Below, piece after piece: positions 12,869 to 43,435 of a stretch of 57,374 nt of DNA (its first letter is position 1; each line of letters starts with the position of its first letter). A program made the position numbers and the translations under genes. The stretch comes from Macrostomum lignano. Lineage: Eukaryota. The stretch spans positions 1 to 57,374 of the forward strand of contig NIVC01002539.1 of NCBI GenBank assembly GCA_002269645.1, in the 5' to 3' direction. A model generated the notes under the pieces. That model saw nothing but the letters and a program-made list of their open reading frames with translations, was not told where the DNA came from and did no database searches.

Positions 12869-13750
12869 CTAATAGCTGATGCGTTGCTATTGGCTGATGT
12901 AGCTAATGGCTGATGCGTTGCTATGGGCTGATGTAGCCAATAGCTAATGCGTTGCTATGGGCTGATGTAGCCAATAGCTGATGGGTTGCTATGAGCTGAT
13001 GTAGCTAATAGCTGATGGGTTGCTATGTGCTATGTAGCTAATAGCTGATGGGTTGCTATGGGCTGATGTAGCCAATAGCTAATGCGTTGCTATGGGCTGA
13101 TGTAGCCAATAGCTGATGGGTTGCTATGAGCTGATGTAGCTAATAGCTGATGGGTTGCTATGGGCTGATGTAGCTAATAGCTGATGGGTTGCTATGTGCT
13201 ATGTAGCTAATAGCTGATGGGTTGCTATGGGCTGATGTAGCTAATAGCTGATGGGTTGCTATGGGCTGATGTAGCCAATAGCTAATGCGTTGCTATGGGC
13301 TGATGTAGCCAATAGCTGATGGGTTGCTATGAGCTGATGTAGCTAATAGCTGATGGGTTGCTGTGGGCTGATGTAGCCAATAGCTAATGCGTTGCTATGG
13401 GCTGATGTAGCCAATAGCTGATGGGTTGCTATGGGCTGATGTAGCTAATAGCTGATGGGTTGCTATGTGCTATGTAGCTAATAGCTGATGGGTTGCTATG
13501 GGCTGATGTAGCTAATAGCTGATGGGTTGCTATGGGCTGATGTAGCTAATAGCTGATGGGTTGCTATGTGCTATGTAGCTAATAGCTGATGGGTTGCTAT
13601 GGGCTGATGTAGCTTATAGCTGATGCGTTGCTATGGGCTGATGTAGCTAATAGCTGATGGGTTGCTATGTGCTATGTAGCTAATAGCTGATGGGTTGCTA
13701 TGGGCTGATGTAGCTAATAGCTGATGCGTTGCTATGGGCTCATGTAGCTG
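12848..13750. repeat. 34-bp minisatellite, block 1
   Basis: Unit GCTAATAGCTGATGGGTTGCTATGGGCTGATGTA. The first unit overlaps the SIGMAR1 stop codon. Confidence 0.95.
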
Positions 13751-14231
13751 CTAGTAATAACAGCGAACAGTAAGTAGGCAGTAATTATAAAACTTATTTT
13801 ATTGCTTATTCTATAGATAGATTATCTGATATGAGCTGCAATAACTCTTACACAAAGTTAATCAATTTGCCAAAATTAGTCCATTTTTCTATAAAAATTC
13901 CCAATCATTGATGGTACTGACTGAACATGATGTAATTCAATATATTTCATTCACAGTCATATTAATCCCGTTTTAGTAGTTATGAAACATATTATACATT
14001 TCGGTTGCAGTTCTGGTGAAATGCTTTGCAGTACATTTGGCTGATTGACTATTTTACAATCTAGCAACTTCCAATTGTAGCTTGATTTAAAACTCTTACA
14101 ATATATATTGACACTATGCATTATTTCCATTGTTAAAATTGAACATATAAAATTGCAGGTTTTCTCAGTTCAATTCAATCTCATTTCTCAGAAGCCGTTC
14201 CACAGGGACTTCGAGACGATGTGGGTCAATA

Positions 14232-14905
14232 GCTGTAGCCAATGTAGCCAATAGCTGATGGGTTGCTATGGGCTGATGTAGCTAATAGCTGATGGGTTGC
14301 TATGGGCTGATGTAGCCAATAGCTGATGGGTTGCTATGGGCTGATGTAGCCAATAGCTGATAGGTTGCTATGGGCTGATGTAGCTAATAGCTGATGGGTT
14401 GCTATGGGCTGATGTAGCTAATAGCTGATGGGTTGCTATGGGCTGATGTAGCCAATAGCTGATGGGTTGCTATGGGCTGATGTAGCCAATAGCTGATGGG
14501 TTGCTATGGGCTGATGTAGCCAATAGCTGATGGGTTGCTATGGGCTGATGTAGCTAATAGCTGATGGGTTGCTATGGGCTGATGTAGCCAATAGCTGATG
14601 GGTTGCTATGGGCTGATGTAGCCAATAGCTGATGGGTTGCTATGGGCTGATGTAGCCAATAGCTGATGGGTTGCTATGGGCTGATGTAGCTAATAGCTGA
14701 TGGGTTGCTATGGGCTGATGTAGCCAATAGCTGATGGGTTGCTATGGGCTGATGTAGCTAATAGCTGATGGGTTGCTATGGGCTGATGTAGCCAATAGCT
14801 GATGGGTTGCTATGGGCTGATGTAGCTAATAGCTGATGCGTTGCTATGGGCTGATGTAGCTAATAGCTGATGCGTTGCTATGGGCTCATGTAGCCAATAG
14901 CTAAT
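14232..14905. repeat. 34-bp minisatellite, block 2 (same unit as block 1)
   Basis: Period 34, e.g. 14281 to 14315. Confidence 0.95.
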
Positions 14906-15021
14906 GGGCTCAGTAATAGCTCACGTTGCATTGCAGGCTTTCTCAGTTCAATTCAATCTCATTTTGTTTATTGATTAAACTCATTTATGAGCAGTCGCCA
15001 TTGTCAGATTGCTGTGGCAGT

Positions 15022-15444
15022 TCAAAAGTCCCTCTTCTGAGAGTCGTACCACATGTCGTACTTGTCCTTCACCAGGTGGTAGTGATAGTGGCTGATGGGA
15101 ACCGTCTCGCTGAACTCCACCCTGTTGAACTTGTAAATTGGCTGGTTGTCCTGGAATTTGGTTATGACCTCCTGCAGTCTCTGCAGCTTAGCTAATGGAC
15201 CCTCTACGCAACTCTTCACATAGTAGTTATAGTAGAGCTCTTCGAACTGAATACAGCCTCTCAGCCCCAGCTCCACGGCGTACTGGTGGAATACTTTGCT
15301 GAAGCACTCCTGCAGCCAGTGCGCCGCGTCAGGCGTGTTGTCCTCAAAGCTGGCGTAGATCCTCATTCGATAGATCTGACAAACGGCTTCGTCCATTGGT
15401 GAGACCGATTTAGCTGGCTGGCTTGAGGTGGCGCTTGGCTTCAG
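15022..15444 (-). CDS. Hypothetical protein or terminal exon of an unidentified gene
   Basis: Non-repetitive 124-aa ORF from ATG 15396 with exon-like C/G-ending codons. The frame stays open to a possible acceptor (TTTTCGATACAAG) at 15445. No family recognised. Confidence 0.5.
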   Translation of the reverse strand: MKPSATSSQPAKSVSPMDEAVCQIYRMRIYASFEDNTPDAAHWLQECFSKVFHQYAVELGLRGCIQFEELYYNYYVKSCVEGPLAKLQRLQEVITKFQDNQPIYKFNRVEFSETVPISHYHYHLVKDKYDMWYDSQKRDF

Positions 15445-15589
15445 CTTGTATCGAAAATTATCAACTATGCTGCTGTTTCAAGGTATTTTACGCAACCGCT
15501 AAACTAAATGGGACTGGCAAGGAAATGCTTTTCGCCGTGTTTACATAGTCTATGGTCGGGGGAAAGCGAAGTAAATCACTCCCGATCCA

Positions 15590-16385
15590 CCCCTGAGAAT
15601 CACTCCTGATTTACCCCTGAGAATCACTCCTGATTTACCCTTGAGAATCACTCCTGATTTACCCCTGAGAATCACTCCTGATTTACCCTTGAGAATCACT
15701 CCTGATTTACCCCTGAGAATCACTCCTGATTTACCCCTAAGAATCACTCCTGATTTACCCCTGAGAATCACTCCTGATTTACCCTTGAGAATCACTCCTG
15801 ATTTACCCCTGAGAATCACTCCTGATTTACCCTTGAGAATCACTCCTGATTTACCCTTGAGAATCACTCCTGATTTACCCCTAAGAATCACTCCTGATTT
15901 ACCCCTGAGAATCACTCCTGATTTACCCCTGAGAATCACTCCTGATTTACCCCTGAGAATCACTCCTGATTTACCCCTGAGAATCACTCCTGATTTACCC
16001 TTGAGAATCACTCCTGATTTACCCCTGAGAATCACTCCTGATTTACCCCTGAGAATCACTCCTGATTTACCCCTGAAAATCACTCCTGATCCATCCCTGA
16101 GAATCACTCCTGATCCACCCCTGAGAATCACTCCTGATTTACCCCTGAGAATCACTCCTGATCCACCCCTGAGAATCACTCCTGATTTACCCCTGAGAAT
16201 CACTCCTGATCCACCCCTGAGAATCACTCCTGATTTACCCCTGAGAATCACTCCTGATCCACCCCTGAGAATCACTCCTGATTTACCCCTGAGAATCACT
16301 CCTGATCCATCCCTGAGAATCACTCCTGATCCACCCCTGAGAATCACTCCTGATCCACTCCTGAGAATCACTCCTGACCCCCTGA
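15590..16385. repeat. 24-bp minisatellite (TGAGAATCACTCCTGATTTACCCC)
   Basis: About 33 tandem units. Confidence 0.95.
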
Positions 16386-16861
16386 GAATTTGCTGAAGGC
16401 AAGTACAAATAAATTTATGCATACTACTTCAGGTAGACTACGCGAATTTAAATATTTTACTCGTTCATTCTTCAACTTTTGAATCAGTATTGAAATCGCC
16501 CCAACAAACTACCATTCACTTATAATGCTACCGATTCTGGGTAGTTTATGGATGGCTCAGTAACTCAACGCTCCCGCAAATTTCCTGTTGACCTTCTCAT
16601 TCTTCTCATTAAGTTCACAAAATTTACGGCTATTATTGGTTAAGCCAAAAGTTAAGCTGAAAGACTCTGAAAATATGATTTTACTCGAGTAGCCTCAGAC
16701 GCGATGCTTTGAAGTGGACAGTGGAACTGCGGTATGCATTGTGCTTCTGTGCATCTTCTGTCTTGGTGCTTAGTAAATAATTTAGGTACAGATATGGGTG
16801 CATTACTATCGTGTGGCTGTCTCAGCAAAGCGACGGCTAAAAGATGTGCTTGTCTAGCAGC

Positions 16862-17445
16862 GCCAGCCTCCCAGATCCTCAGCTGCTGGGCCAGCCTCCC
16901 AGATCCTCAGCTGCTGGGCCAGCCTCCCAGATCCTCAGCTGCTGAGCCACCCTCGCAGATCCTCAGCTGCTGGGCCACCCTCGCAGATTTAATCCTCAGT
17001 TGCTGGGCCACCCTCGCAATCCTCAGCTGCTGGGCCAGCCTCCCAGATCCTCAGTTGCTGGGCCACCCTCGCAGATCCTCAGTTGCTGGGCCAGCCTCGC
17101 AGATTCTCAGTTGCTGGGCCAGCCTCGCAGATCCTCATTTGCTGGGCATTCAGCCTCCCAGATCCTCAGTTGCTGAGCTGCCAGCCTCCCAGATCCTCAG
17201 TTGCTGGGCTTTCAGCCTCCCAGATCCTCAGTTGCTGGGCCAGCCTCCCAGATCCTCAGTTGCTGGGCTTTCAGCCTCCCAGATCCTCAGTTGCTGGGCT
17301 TCCAGCCTCCCAGATCCTCAGTTGCTGGGCTTTCAGCCTCCCAGATCCTCAGTTGCTGGGCCAGCCTCCCAGATCCTCAGTTGCTGGGCTTCCAGCCTTT
17401 CAGATCCTCAGTTGCTGGGCTGCCAACCTCTCAGATCCTCAGCGC
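16862..17445. repeat. 28-32-bp variable minisatellite (CAGCCTCCCAGATCCTCAGTTGCTGGGC[TTT])
   Basis: Tandem units with small indels. Confidence 0.92.
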
Positions 17446-18130
17446 CCATTCATATCAGCGCCTTCGGCAATATCGTTGCACAAACAGTGCTGAGACAATT
17501 CTGCTCATTCCACTGACTCCTGAGCATCGACCCCGGCTCTCTAATCGTTAGGCATGTACACTACTCTGGTTAGGATTAAGGTCAGCACATACCCCGATGA
17601 CTTCTCCGATACAAATATGAAGAATAAATTTATGACCAGCATCGAAGCTGCCATCAATGCATAATAAAACAAATTCAAAGCCGCGCACGAAATCCCAATC
17701 TATGACCTCTAGCAGCGCTGCAGCAGTTCCCGAATGTACATACAGATTGCATTATACGATCGCCGCGGATTATCTTTATATCCGCCTGAACTGCATCGAT
17801 GTTGCGAAGCCGCAAAACCTGCTTCTGCTGCTGCTGATTTAATCAGATTTCGTTCGCCCCGCCACACCGCCGCCTCGCCCTCGCGTCCCTGTCCCAAAAG
17901 TTGCCCCCCCTTCCCGGTCGCCGAGACATCTGCATGCGACTGGAGCCCGGAGCGTGTTAAATTATGGCGCTGCCCGCCACTCCCGGCTCAGCACTAATAT
18001 AGCCTACAGCCAGTATATTCCTGTTGTAGGTATTTTTTTATTAGAGGCAGGGGGGTTGTGTGCACCCTGGCGCACTTTAAGCGACATAGGCACACAACCG
18101 GCGAGAGGCATTACTGCCCATTCCGCCGAC

Positions 18131-18390
18131 TCCCCTGAGCAGGCACACAAGCGCGCGGATACGTACGCAGGCACACACTCACACAGGAGTGTACAGCAGC
18201 CCTGACTTTATTTACCGTTAGGCATGTACACTTCACTGCGCCTTGGGGGTTGGCTCTCAAGGCCGTTAATTGCACGAGCAGAGCCAAGCCGAGATTCCAA
18301 TTCAGCCCCAAATTAATGCGACTGCACTTGGAATCGAGCCTGGGTCGCTGGACACCAGAGCAGCTGCGCTACCGCTGGGCTACGGCCCCC
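18131..18390 (-). mobile_element. tRNA-derived SINE family 1, copy 1
   Basis: Minus-strand head GGGGGCCGTAGCCCAGCGGTAG (A box) and GGCTCGATTCC (B box). About 260 bp alignable by eye to 25868-26134. Confidence 0.75.
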
Positions 18391-21300
18391 TGTTGTAGGT
18401 ATGGTCCGGGACTTAGCTACCCACCGCCCCCCCCCCCCCAATGAACAAGTTGAGAAGGCGCGAGAGAAGGCGAAGAGGCAGTGTCTGGGATTGTTAGCTG
18501 CAGTTTACAGTGATTTACGACAGATGCAAATGGAACTGTGCTCTGGATAGTAACTCCTCTAGGATTATCTGCTTCTTTTTTACTTGATTTGCTTTGGCAA
18601 TCAACTCAGGGAGGAGCAGAGCCGATCTCCACCCACTCTATGTGCTCAGAAGTTTGCGGAATGGGCAGATTTGCATCGCGCCAATGGTGCCCGCCTGCAA
18701 ATGTGTGTATATTTTTGGTAGCCAACATTCAGAGCCCCTTCCTCGCTTCTCCTGAACACTGTAGCTCTCTACTCTGCTAGCAGTGCTCAAATACGGCAGC
18801 AAGAGATGTGAAACAGCTGGAAGAAGGTTTTCTGGATTGGAAGGGCAAGAAGGAATAGATGGAGGGTGAGCCACTCGCGCAACAGCTGTGCCCCCTTGCT
18901 CATGAAAGGCCGTTTCTTCTATGCCCCCCCCCATAGCCTGGCGGAGCAGCACTTGTCGAGCTGCCAGACCGACAGCTCGCGCCTACAATATTTCAGCCCC
19001 TCGCCCGGCCCCCTTTCCTCTTGCTGGTAGGCTGGAAGCAATAATCGAATTAGTTGCCGAGCAGTAAAACACCGTGGGGTCTTCCCCCTCCTCCCGAACC
19101 GCAGCCGGGGGGTGGGGGGCAAACAGGGCCCATAGCAACCGGACTGTTCCCATAGGGCTACTGCTCCAGGCATTAGCCTCGAAATGTTGCCGGCAGCTCA
19201 GCTAATCGAATGAGCAACTATCCGAGCTGGCTGCGTGCCATGGAGAGCTGAGCTAAAAATGCACAACGCCAGGCAAATCGCTACCTTTTGCCATGTCTAG
19301 CGCTTCAAAACTGGCAATGTGGCCTTAGAGATTTGCAGAGCCTTCAAAGCTTCGGCTCTGCATGGGCAGTTAAAAGTTGCTGTAAACAGTTGCTGATGAG
19401 AAAACTTAACGAGAAGAATCGATCGAATCGATTAGATTTCTGCAACTGGGATGGAGAGCAGTTTTAAGGTTAGGCCAATGGAAAGGAATTCAGTGTATTG
19501 CTGCAGTATCTGTGACACCATTACAATAAGGCTTTAGCGATAAAAGTTCCCTTGCAATATCGCAATAATTTTTGGTACTAACAGCCTTACCTACTTGGTT
19601 TACAGACCATACGCCGTCTAGAACTGGAAAGGCACTGATGCCGCTCCCTGATTGGTTCGTTGTGAGAGTGACCTGTCTGATTGGAAGGGGAACATTGAAA
19701 TTCGGTTTCAACAGCTATAAGATGGACACGGAGACCGGCCTGGCCACTTGTCCAATAAGTAGAAAATAGAAATAAAGTTCGCTGACTCTTTAGCAGAAAT
19801 TTGAGTCAAAGTCTTCTATATCAACCGATCGAGTTAAACAGGTGAGACTTGAATTTAATCATTGATAATGCCCTGGGGAGGGTGACAATGACTGCGAGCC
19901 GGACAAATTGCAGGGGGGTCAAACACTGCGATTTGGATCCTGGACCTGAGCCAGACCTGCCTCAACTGGTCAGGTTCTGCATCAAAGGTTTGCAGACAAG
20001 CCGAAATATAGTTAATATAGCAAATGCAACAACGGGCTGCTTACCGCTAGCAAAACAAATCAATTCTTTTTTTTAGTGGAATTTTCGCCAATAGGCACTT
20101 GTCATGGACATGCACATTGCATTTAGAGTAGAACTGCCTGGAGCTCTTGTCTGAACCTCCGCTCAGTCGCTCCTGCTGGAGCAGCCATGCAGCTGTCATT
20201 CAGGGCTAGATCAGTCTTCTGCTCCTTCCTGTGAGCTCTGAGCTCCCCCAGACAGGTATTGAAAACTGCTCAGGCTGCATTTACTCAATATAAGCAGTAG
20301 CTCGCGTGCCCAGCAAATTTCTGGGTCACGCAACCGCTGACAGGCACTCTGACGGGCGCTCCTGTCCCAGGCCCTGGCAGAGCTGCAGCTGGCACGGTTT
20401 GTTAAGACCGGATTGTGCAAGCATTTTGCAGAGAGTAAAAATCCATTTCCCACAGTCTGGGTCTGGGAGGGGGGGTGCAGTTTCTGGGAAAGAAACCGGA
20501 GCCAAGAGAGAGAGTGGCAGCAGCTAATTCCTGTAAACTCAAGGCTGAGCATTAGGAGATACGAAATTTGCCAAAGGCATTTTGAGTATCTGCTCGTCAA
20601 GCTCCCGGATCAATGCCTCAATGTTTCATCTGGCATCGGTGCTAGAACACAGACAAATTTTAGCACCAACCAACTTAAGGTGCCGCTGATGCGTCTAAAG
20701 CAATGGATAAAATGTCGCTCCATCTGTTAGATCGATTGAATTGATTCAAGCCATTGAAGCATGACTGAATCCACCCAGCCCCGGCTGTTCATTTAGTTTC
20801 AAGAGTCTGGGAGGGTATGGACCTGTTGCTTTGGGGACACTGCACAGACTGAGAGCGAGTACTCTCACAGCCACTGACCTGAGCAGCCTGGCTATCGATC
20901 CGTCTCTTGTACTCCACTAGAGAGCGGCTTTGTTTGAGCAGCCAGTACTTTGACTGCCGCATCCCACAGGTTGGGTTCTCCAGCCTCCCTTATTGTCCGT
21001 TGCTATCAACGAGAGAGCCTCATCTACTACATGTAACTATTCAGAATTCGTGTTTTGATGTTCAGACGACTGGAGTCCACCCTATACCTGCCGTTCCCTT
21101 CCTCTCCGCAACCAGCTATTTATGGCTAGCGAAATTCTACTCGCAATCTCTCATATCCCATGCTAATTTCCCATTTTCACGCACCAGCTTCACCCGAGAG
21201 TCGGGAAGAACGGGTGCACTTCTTCAGTCAACAACTTTCGACAAGAGGAATCCTTAAAAGCGAGGCAGTTCGTGCCTACTTATTCAAATTACAAGGGCGC

Positions 21301-21534
21301 GCTTCTTTTTGCAAAAAACATTATTCCACTTTTTCATATTTCATACCAAATCTTATTTTATATAAGCAGTTGCTTGACAAAACTGGGCTTGTGTAAGACC
21401 CAATTAGCAATGCGCACCTAATTATAGACGTAGTTTTTTAAGCCTTTCCCAAAAAAGAAACTTGCTGTATTGATTTACTATGCAAACTTTTTATAGCCGT
21501 GACTACACGGCCTCTGATTGCTGACTCTGATGTT

Positions 21535-21975
21535 CGTTTGACTGCTGTTCACCTGTGCTATCTGACTGCTGTTCACCTGTGCTATCTGACTGCTCTTCAC
21601 CTGTGCTATCTGACTGCTCTTCACCTGTGCTATTTGACTGCTGTTCACCTGTGCTATCTGACTGCTGTTCACCTGTGCTATCTGACTGCTGTTCACCTGT
21701 GCTATCTGACTGCTGTTCACCTGTGCTATCTGACTGCTGTTCACCTGTGCTATCTGACTGCTGTTCACCTGTGCTATCTGACTGCTGTTCACCTGTGCTA
21801 TCTGACTGCTGTTCACCTGTGCTATCTGACTGCTGTTCACCTGCCCCATACCTGACCGCAATTCACCTGTCCCATACCTGACCGCAACTAACCTGTCCCA
21901 TACCTGACCGCAACTAACCTGTCCCATACCTGACCGCAATTCACCTGTCCCATACCTGACCGCAATTCGCCTGTC
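21535..21975. repeat. 24-bp array (TGACTGCTGTTCACCTGTGCTATC) followed by a related 26-bp array (CCCATACCTGACCGCAATTCACCTGT)
   Basis: Periods read directly. The switch occurs near 21845. Confidence 0.93.
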
Positions 21976-23049
21976 CCTTTGACTGTCATTTCCTGTCGCT
22001 CTTTAATCGTTTCAGTAATTGTTCAGGTTTCCACTTTGCTCTCAGATTTGCTTTCTCACCTGCAACTGCATGCCACCCTTCACAGCCCGGCTCAGTGTGC
22101 TCAGGTCTCGAGCCGGCGTCAAGTCCCAATTTTCGCAAATCCCTTTTCTTGTGTCCCTCTCTCTTACCTGTCCTGGTAAACGACTTCCAGTCTCTTAACG
22201 CATGCTTCATCAACCGCCGATCGGCCCATCATGAACAGCTTCCCCAAGCCTCATCAACTTAGTCTACTGAGACTCACGCTGCCCGTGTCTGACCTTCATT
22301 TGTCTGCACCAATTCACCAGCACGGAATTTATAACCCTTCTCTCCTGACGGTCAGCTGACCCCCTTGACCCCCCAGCCATGGACCCCTAAGCTTTTCCTT
22401 GCCTGTGCACCCAAAACAAATGTATAGCAAACATACTTTGGGTCTCGAACTTGGGACCTCTCTGAAGCAAGGAAAGCAACTTAACCGCCAGAGGATGAAA
22501 GTCTTGAGACATCCTGAGCTAAAATTGGCACAATGGACCAGGAGCCCAGGTCCATAGTCCGCATCCAGGAAGCTGCTGAGGCCCCATTTTAAGCAGCGAG
22601 TTTCAATGCCCATTGTGCCGCAGCCGCAGCACTGGGGAAGTGAAATTTCTGGGCTCTGATGGAGCAGCGAGATTACACTGCACACGCAGCCATGTCCGGC
22701 TCCCCAGTCAATCATTTTCCGTCATCGTTCATGCGCCGTTTTTCAAAAAAAATCCAACCAGATCTTATTAGCATTTTTCATCGGCTCATCCATCAGCTCC
22801 AGGTGCTTATCGATCATCTCAGCTTTGAAAAGCTGAACAACAGAGAAAGTCAAGACAAGCTTTGCTCAAAATATTTGCTGGCCACGATAGAATGCTCGCA
22901 AGTCGCTACTTTGAGTACGAAAGCTCTCAAGCATCCGGATTTGTTGTTTCTAGAAAATTATTTGGTCGTAAATTATTGCGCAGCCAAGGTGGATCTATTC
23001 TAAAGGGGTAGCGCGGTAGAAATACAGGAAGACGAGGTTGCAACCCCCT

Positions 23050-23480
23050 TCAAGCTGTACACAGCCACCTACAGTGCCAGCAGTGTATCAGCTGTACACA
23101 GCCACCTACAGTGCCAGCAGTGTACCAGCTGTACACAGCCCCTACAGTGCCAGCAGTGTATCAGCTGTACACAGCCCCTACAGTGCCAGAAGTGTACCAG
23201 CTGTACACAGCCACCTACAGTGCCAGCAGTGTATCAGCTGTACACAGCCCCCCACAGTTCCAGAAGTGTACCAGCTGTACACAGCCACCTACAGTGCCAG
23301 CAGTGTACCAGCTGTACACAGCCCTACAGTGCCAGCAGTGTACCAGCTGTACACAGCCCCCTACAGTGCCAGCAGTGTACCAGCTGTACACAGCCCCTAC
23401 AGTGCCAGCAGTGTACCAGCTGTACACAGCCCCTACAGTGCCAGCAGTGTACCAGCTGTACACAGCCCCCTACAGTTCCA
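23050..23480. repeat. ~37-bp minisatellite (CAGTGCCAGCAGTGTACCAGCTGTACACAGCCCCTA)
   Basis: Tandem units with 1-2-bp length variants. Confidence 0.93.
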
Positions 23481-24052
23481 GAAGGGGATCGGCTGTGCCG
23501 CTGGCTGCCTCACCTGAGGCGCATCCAGCAGGAGGTTCAGGCTAGGCGTAAAAATCATTTCGCCACCGAGCTCCCATGGGGTAAGAGATAGCGACTGCAG
23601 GCTGTATTTATTCGCGAGAAAAGCTGATGAGTCTAACCAAAACCAAGACGAGAAGATGCAGGCTTGAAAGGCATGTGCCATAGTCAAGACAGATGAGCCG
23701 CGATAAATGAGCCGGTCGGGAGTTCTGCAGCCGATCCGTCAGCGAGTCAATCATTGCGGCTGTCACCCCGGCTGCACCGTTTGATTGGTTGGTGAAACTT
23801 CCCACCAACCGGGATTTCCCCCATTCCATCAGAGACTTGAATTGGCCCAGGCTAACAAATCTGGCGGCTTGGGTCAGCTGGCCAGACAGCTCTCTGTTGT
23901 CGGCTCCCTCTGTCGGTTTGCCTGCTCGCATGAAGCGGCTACTCCACCCAGAGCACTGCTCTCCCGATCTGAGCCGCCTGGATCACTGCTGGCCCTCCGC
24001 TTCAGCTGGCATGCGCTCCGGTTTCGCTTGCAGGCGCTCAGCCGGAGCCAGG

Positions 24053-39483
<15,431 letters not shown>

Positions 39484-40181
39484 GAGCTCAAGAGATTCCA
39501 ATGCACTGGTGTCCGGAACCCTGAAATTTCACTGCTTTTGTGTTACTGAAGCAAAGCTTAAACTTCTATACTAAATTAGCAATGGTAATTCGATAATTCT
39601 ACTGTAATGCCTCCGTGATTTCTTTGTGCTTCTGTGATTTACATACTTCTACTAAATGCATGGAATGACTTTTCCGGCAAACCGGCGTATTGATCAAAGT
39701 CCTTACGCCTGTAAACTATGCAATGTGAATTATGTCAATCAACACTCTTGAATATTGAGCTTATTGCGATTTAAGTTTGCAGAGCAACACGCACGCACAC
39801 ACACACATCCGTACTACGATAAAGTACATTTACTACAAAGTACATTTACTGTAAAGTATACATTCACTGTAAAGTAAATTTACTGTTAAGTACATTCACT
39901 AAAAAGTACATTTACTGTAGCTTGTATATCGAGACGGTGCGGGATAATTGTGTTCAAATATTTTATTTATTCAACGTCACGACCAAAATAATAGAAGAGA
40001 AAAAGTGTTCTGTAAGCCTATTTTGCTTTTTGTGTAGTGCGTAGTGTCAAAAAGAAAACTATTTTTTTCGGTCAAATATGTTAATCAAGATTGAGATATT
40101 TCTAGTAAGTTCTGTACACACTTGGCCCGCTTCTCAGCCAAACAAAAGAACCAATGGCAGTTTGCTATATAATAAGCTCTC

Positions 40182-41886
<1,705 letters not shown>

Positions 41887-42769
41887 GCCGATTAAGTCTT
41901 TGGACAGGATTTCTTTCAGCTGAAAGCAGCTCTAAAAGCTCCTAAGACAAGGCAGACGCGCTCTAAGGCTGCATGAGTTGTAGATGTCATGAGTGGAATT
42001 GCGCTTTAGTTTGCACAGGTCGGTAGCAAGCTCATTACCGCCCACCAGATCGTGTGCTGCAAGTCGCCTCCTCTTGCCCCCGCTCTCTACCCCCCTCCGC
42101 TCATTATGAGCTCGCCGCGTGTTTGCGTCTGTCAAACTTTCGCTTTCACTTCTCTCTCTTCTGGCCTGGCCAGCACACGCGGTGCCTCCCATATGTGCCA
42201 GCAATTGCTGCCTGTGGAGAGTGCTGCCCTACCAAATACAAGGCCCTTCAAACTGTATAAGTGTAAGACTCTCTCTTAAACTGCCGCAACCTGTCGCTCG
42301 ATGCAAGGCATGAACAGCACGGCAATTATCTGTACGCTTCAGTAGGCCCCCGAGTCTTGCATTGAAAGCTTGGCCATGGACAACAACCAGTAGCAGGACG
42401 CTACGCTACACTTCATTTCTTAGAAATCAGCCGCATTGACCAGATTTTTCTTTGCCGAATTTGTCTATGGCAAAACCCCATTCAGCGCTGTGCATTATCT
42501 AGCAGAGAATTCAGAACTGATCAGCTGTCTATGGCTTGGACCCAGCTGGAGAATAAGTGCAAATCTACATGTACATGTAAGCTTATTCTGTATAATATAG
42601 AGAAAGTTGATAATTTTCATTTATTTACAGACAAAAGCATGTGTAACATTCAACTAAATCAAGGGGTCGGCAAAATCCGCCACATACGTTCCCCGAAGCG
42701 AACCCTCTGTATACAGCCCTGCCGCCCCTTTACATCTTCACAATGGAATCCGGACAGCTCGGGCTCGCC

Positions 42770-43155
42770 CCCCACCTCTCTTTTCTTTCTTTTCGGCTCT
42801 CTCTTCTCCTCTTCACTCTCCTCTTCTCTCTTCTCTTCTCTTTTACCTCCTATATTCTCTATTCTCTTTTATCTCCTTCTCTCTTCTCTCCTCTCTCCCT
42901 CTTCTCTCTTCCCTCTTCTCTCCTATCTCTCTTCTCTCTTCTCTTTTCTTTACTCTCTCCCCCTCTTTTCTCTACTCTTATCTACTCTAATCTCATCTTT
43001 CTCATTTCTTTCCCCCATTCTCTAATCTCTTATCCTAATCTCATCTCCTCTCTATTCTTTCCTCTCATCTCTCACCTCTCGCCCTCTCCTCTTTCCTCTC
43101 ATCACTCCTCTGTTCTTTCCACTTCTCTCTCCTCTATTCCCTCTCATTTCCTTTC
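42770..43155. repeat. Polypyrimidine (CT-rich) low-complexity tract
   Basis: Direct reading. Confidence 0.9.
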
Positions 43156-43435
43156 ACCTGGCCCGCAGCCACAAGCTGGATTTGGCCTTTAGTAAAAGAG
43201 TTTGCCGATCCCTAAACAAAATAGTGTTGCCTCGGGTCTAGAATCTAAATTGGCCTCTCAAATTGACTATCAGACAACTGGATTTTTCCTTCACCTGGCA
43301 TGCTGCCAATGCCATTTCTTTCTGTGAATAACATAGTTACTACAAAACATGTATCGAATGATTTATCCACCAATATAGCAAATGTCTACAATGCAAGACT
43401 ATTAAATTTTATATTAGTATAAACTACATTTGCGG

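Noticed and set aside
12848-14905. CRISPR-like appearance of 24-37-bp arrays here and elsewhere
   Set aside because: Units are head-to-tail with no unique spacers, there are no cas genes, and the context is eukaryotic.
15550-17551. ORFs ILRGKSGV-repeat, RITPDLPL-repeat and SQILSCWAS-repeat
   Set aside because: They are satellite translations open in several frames or strands.
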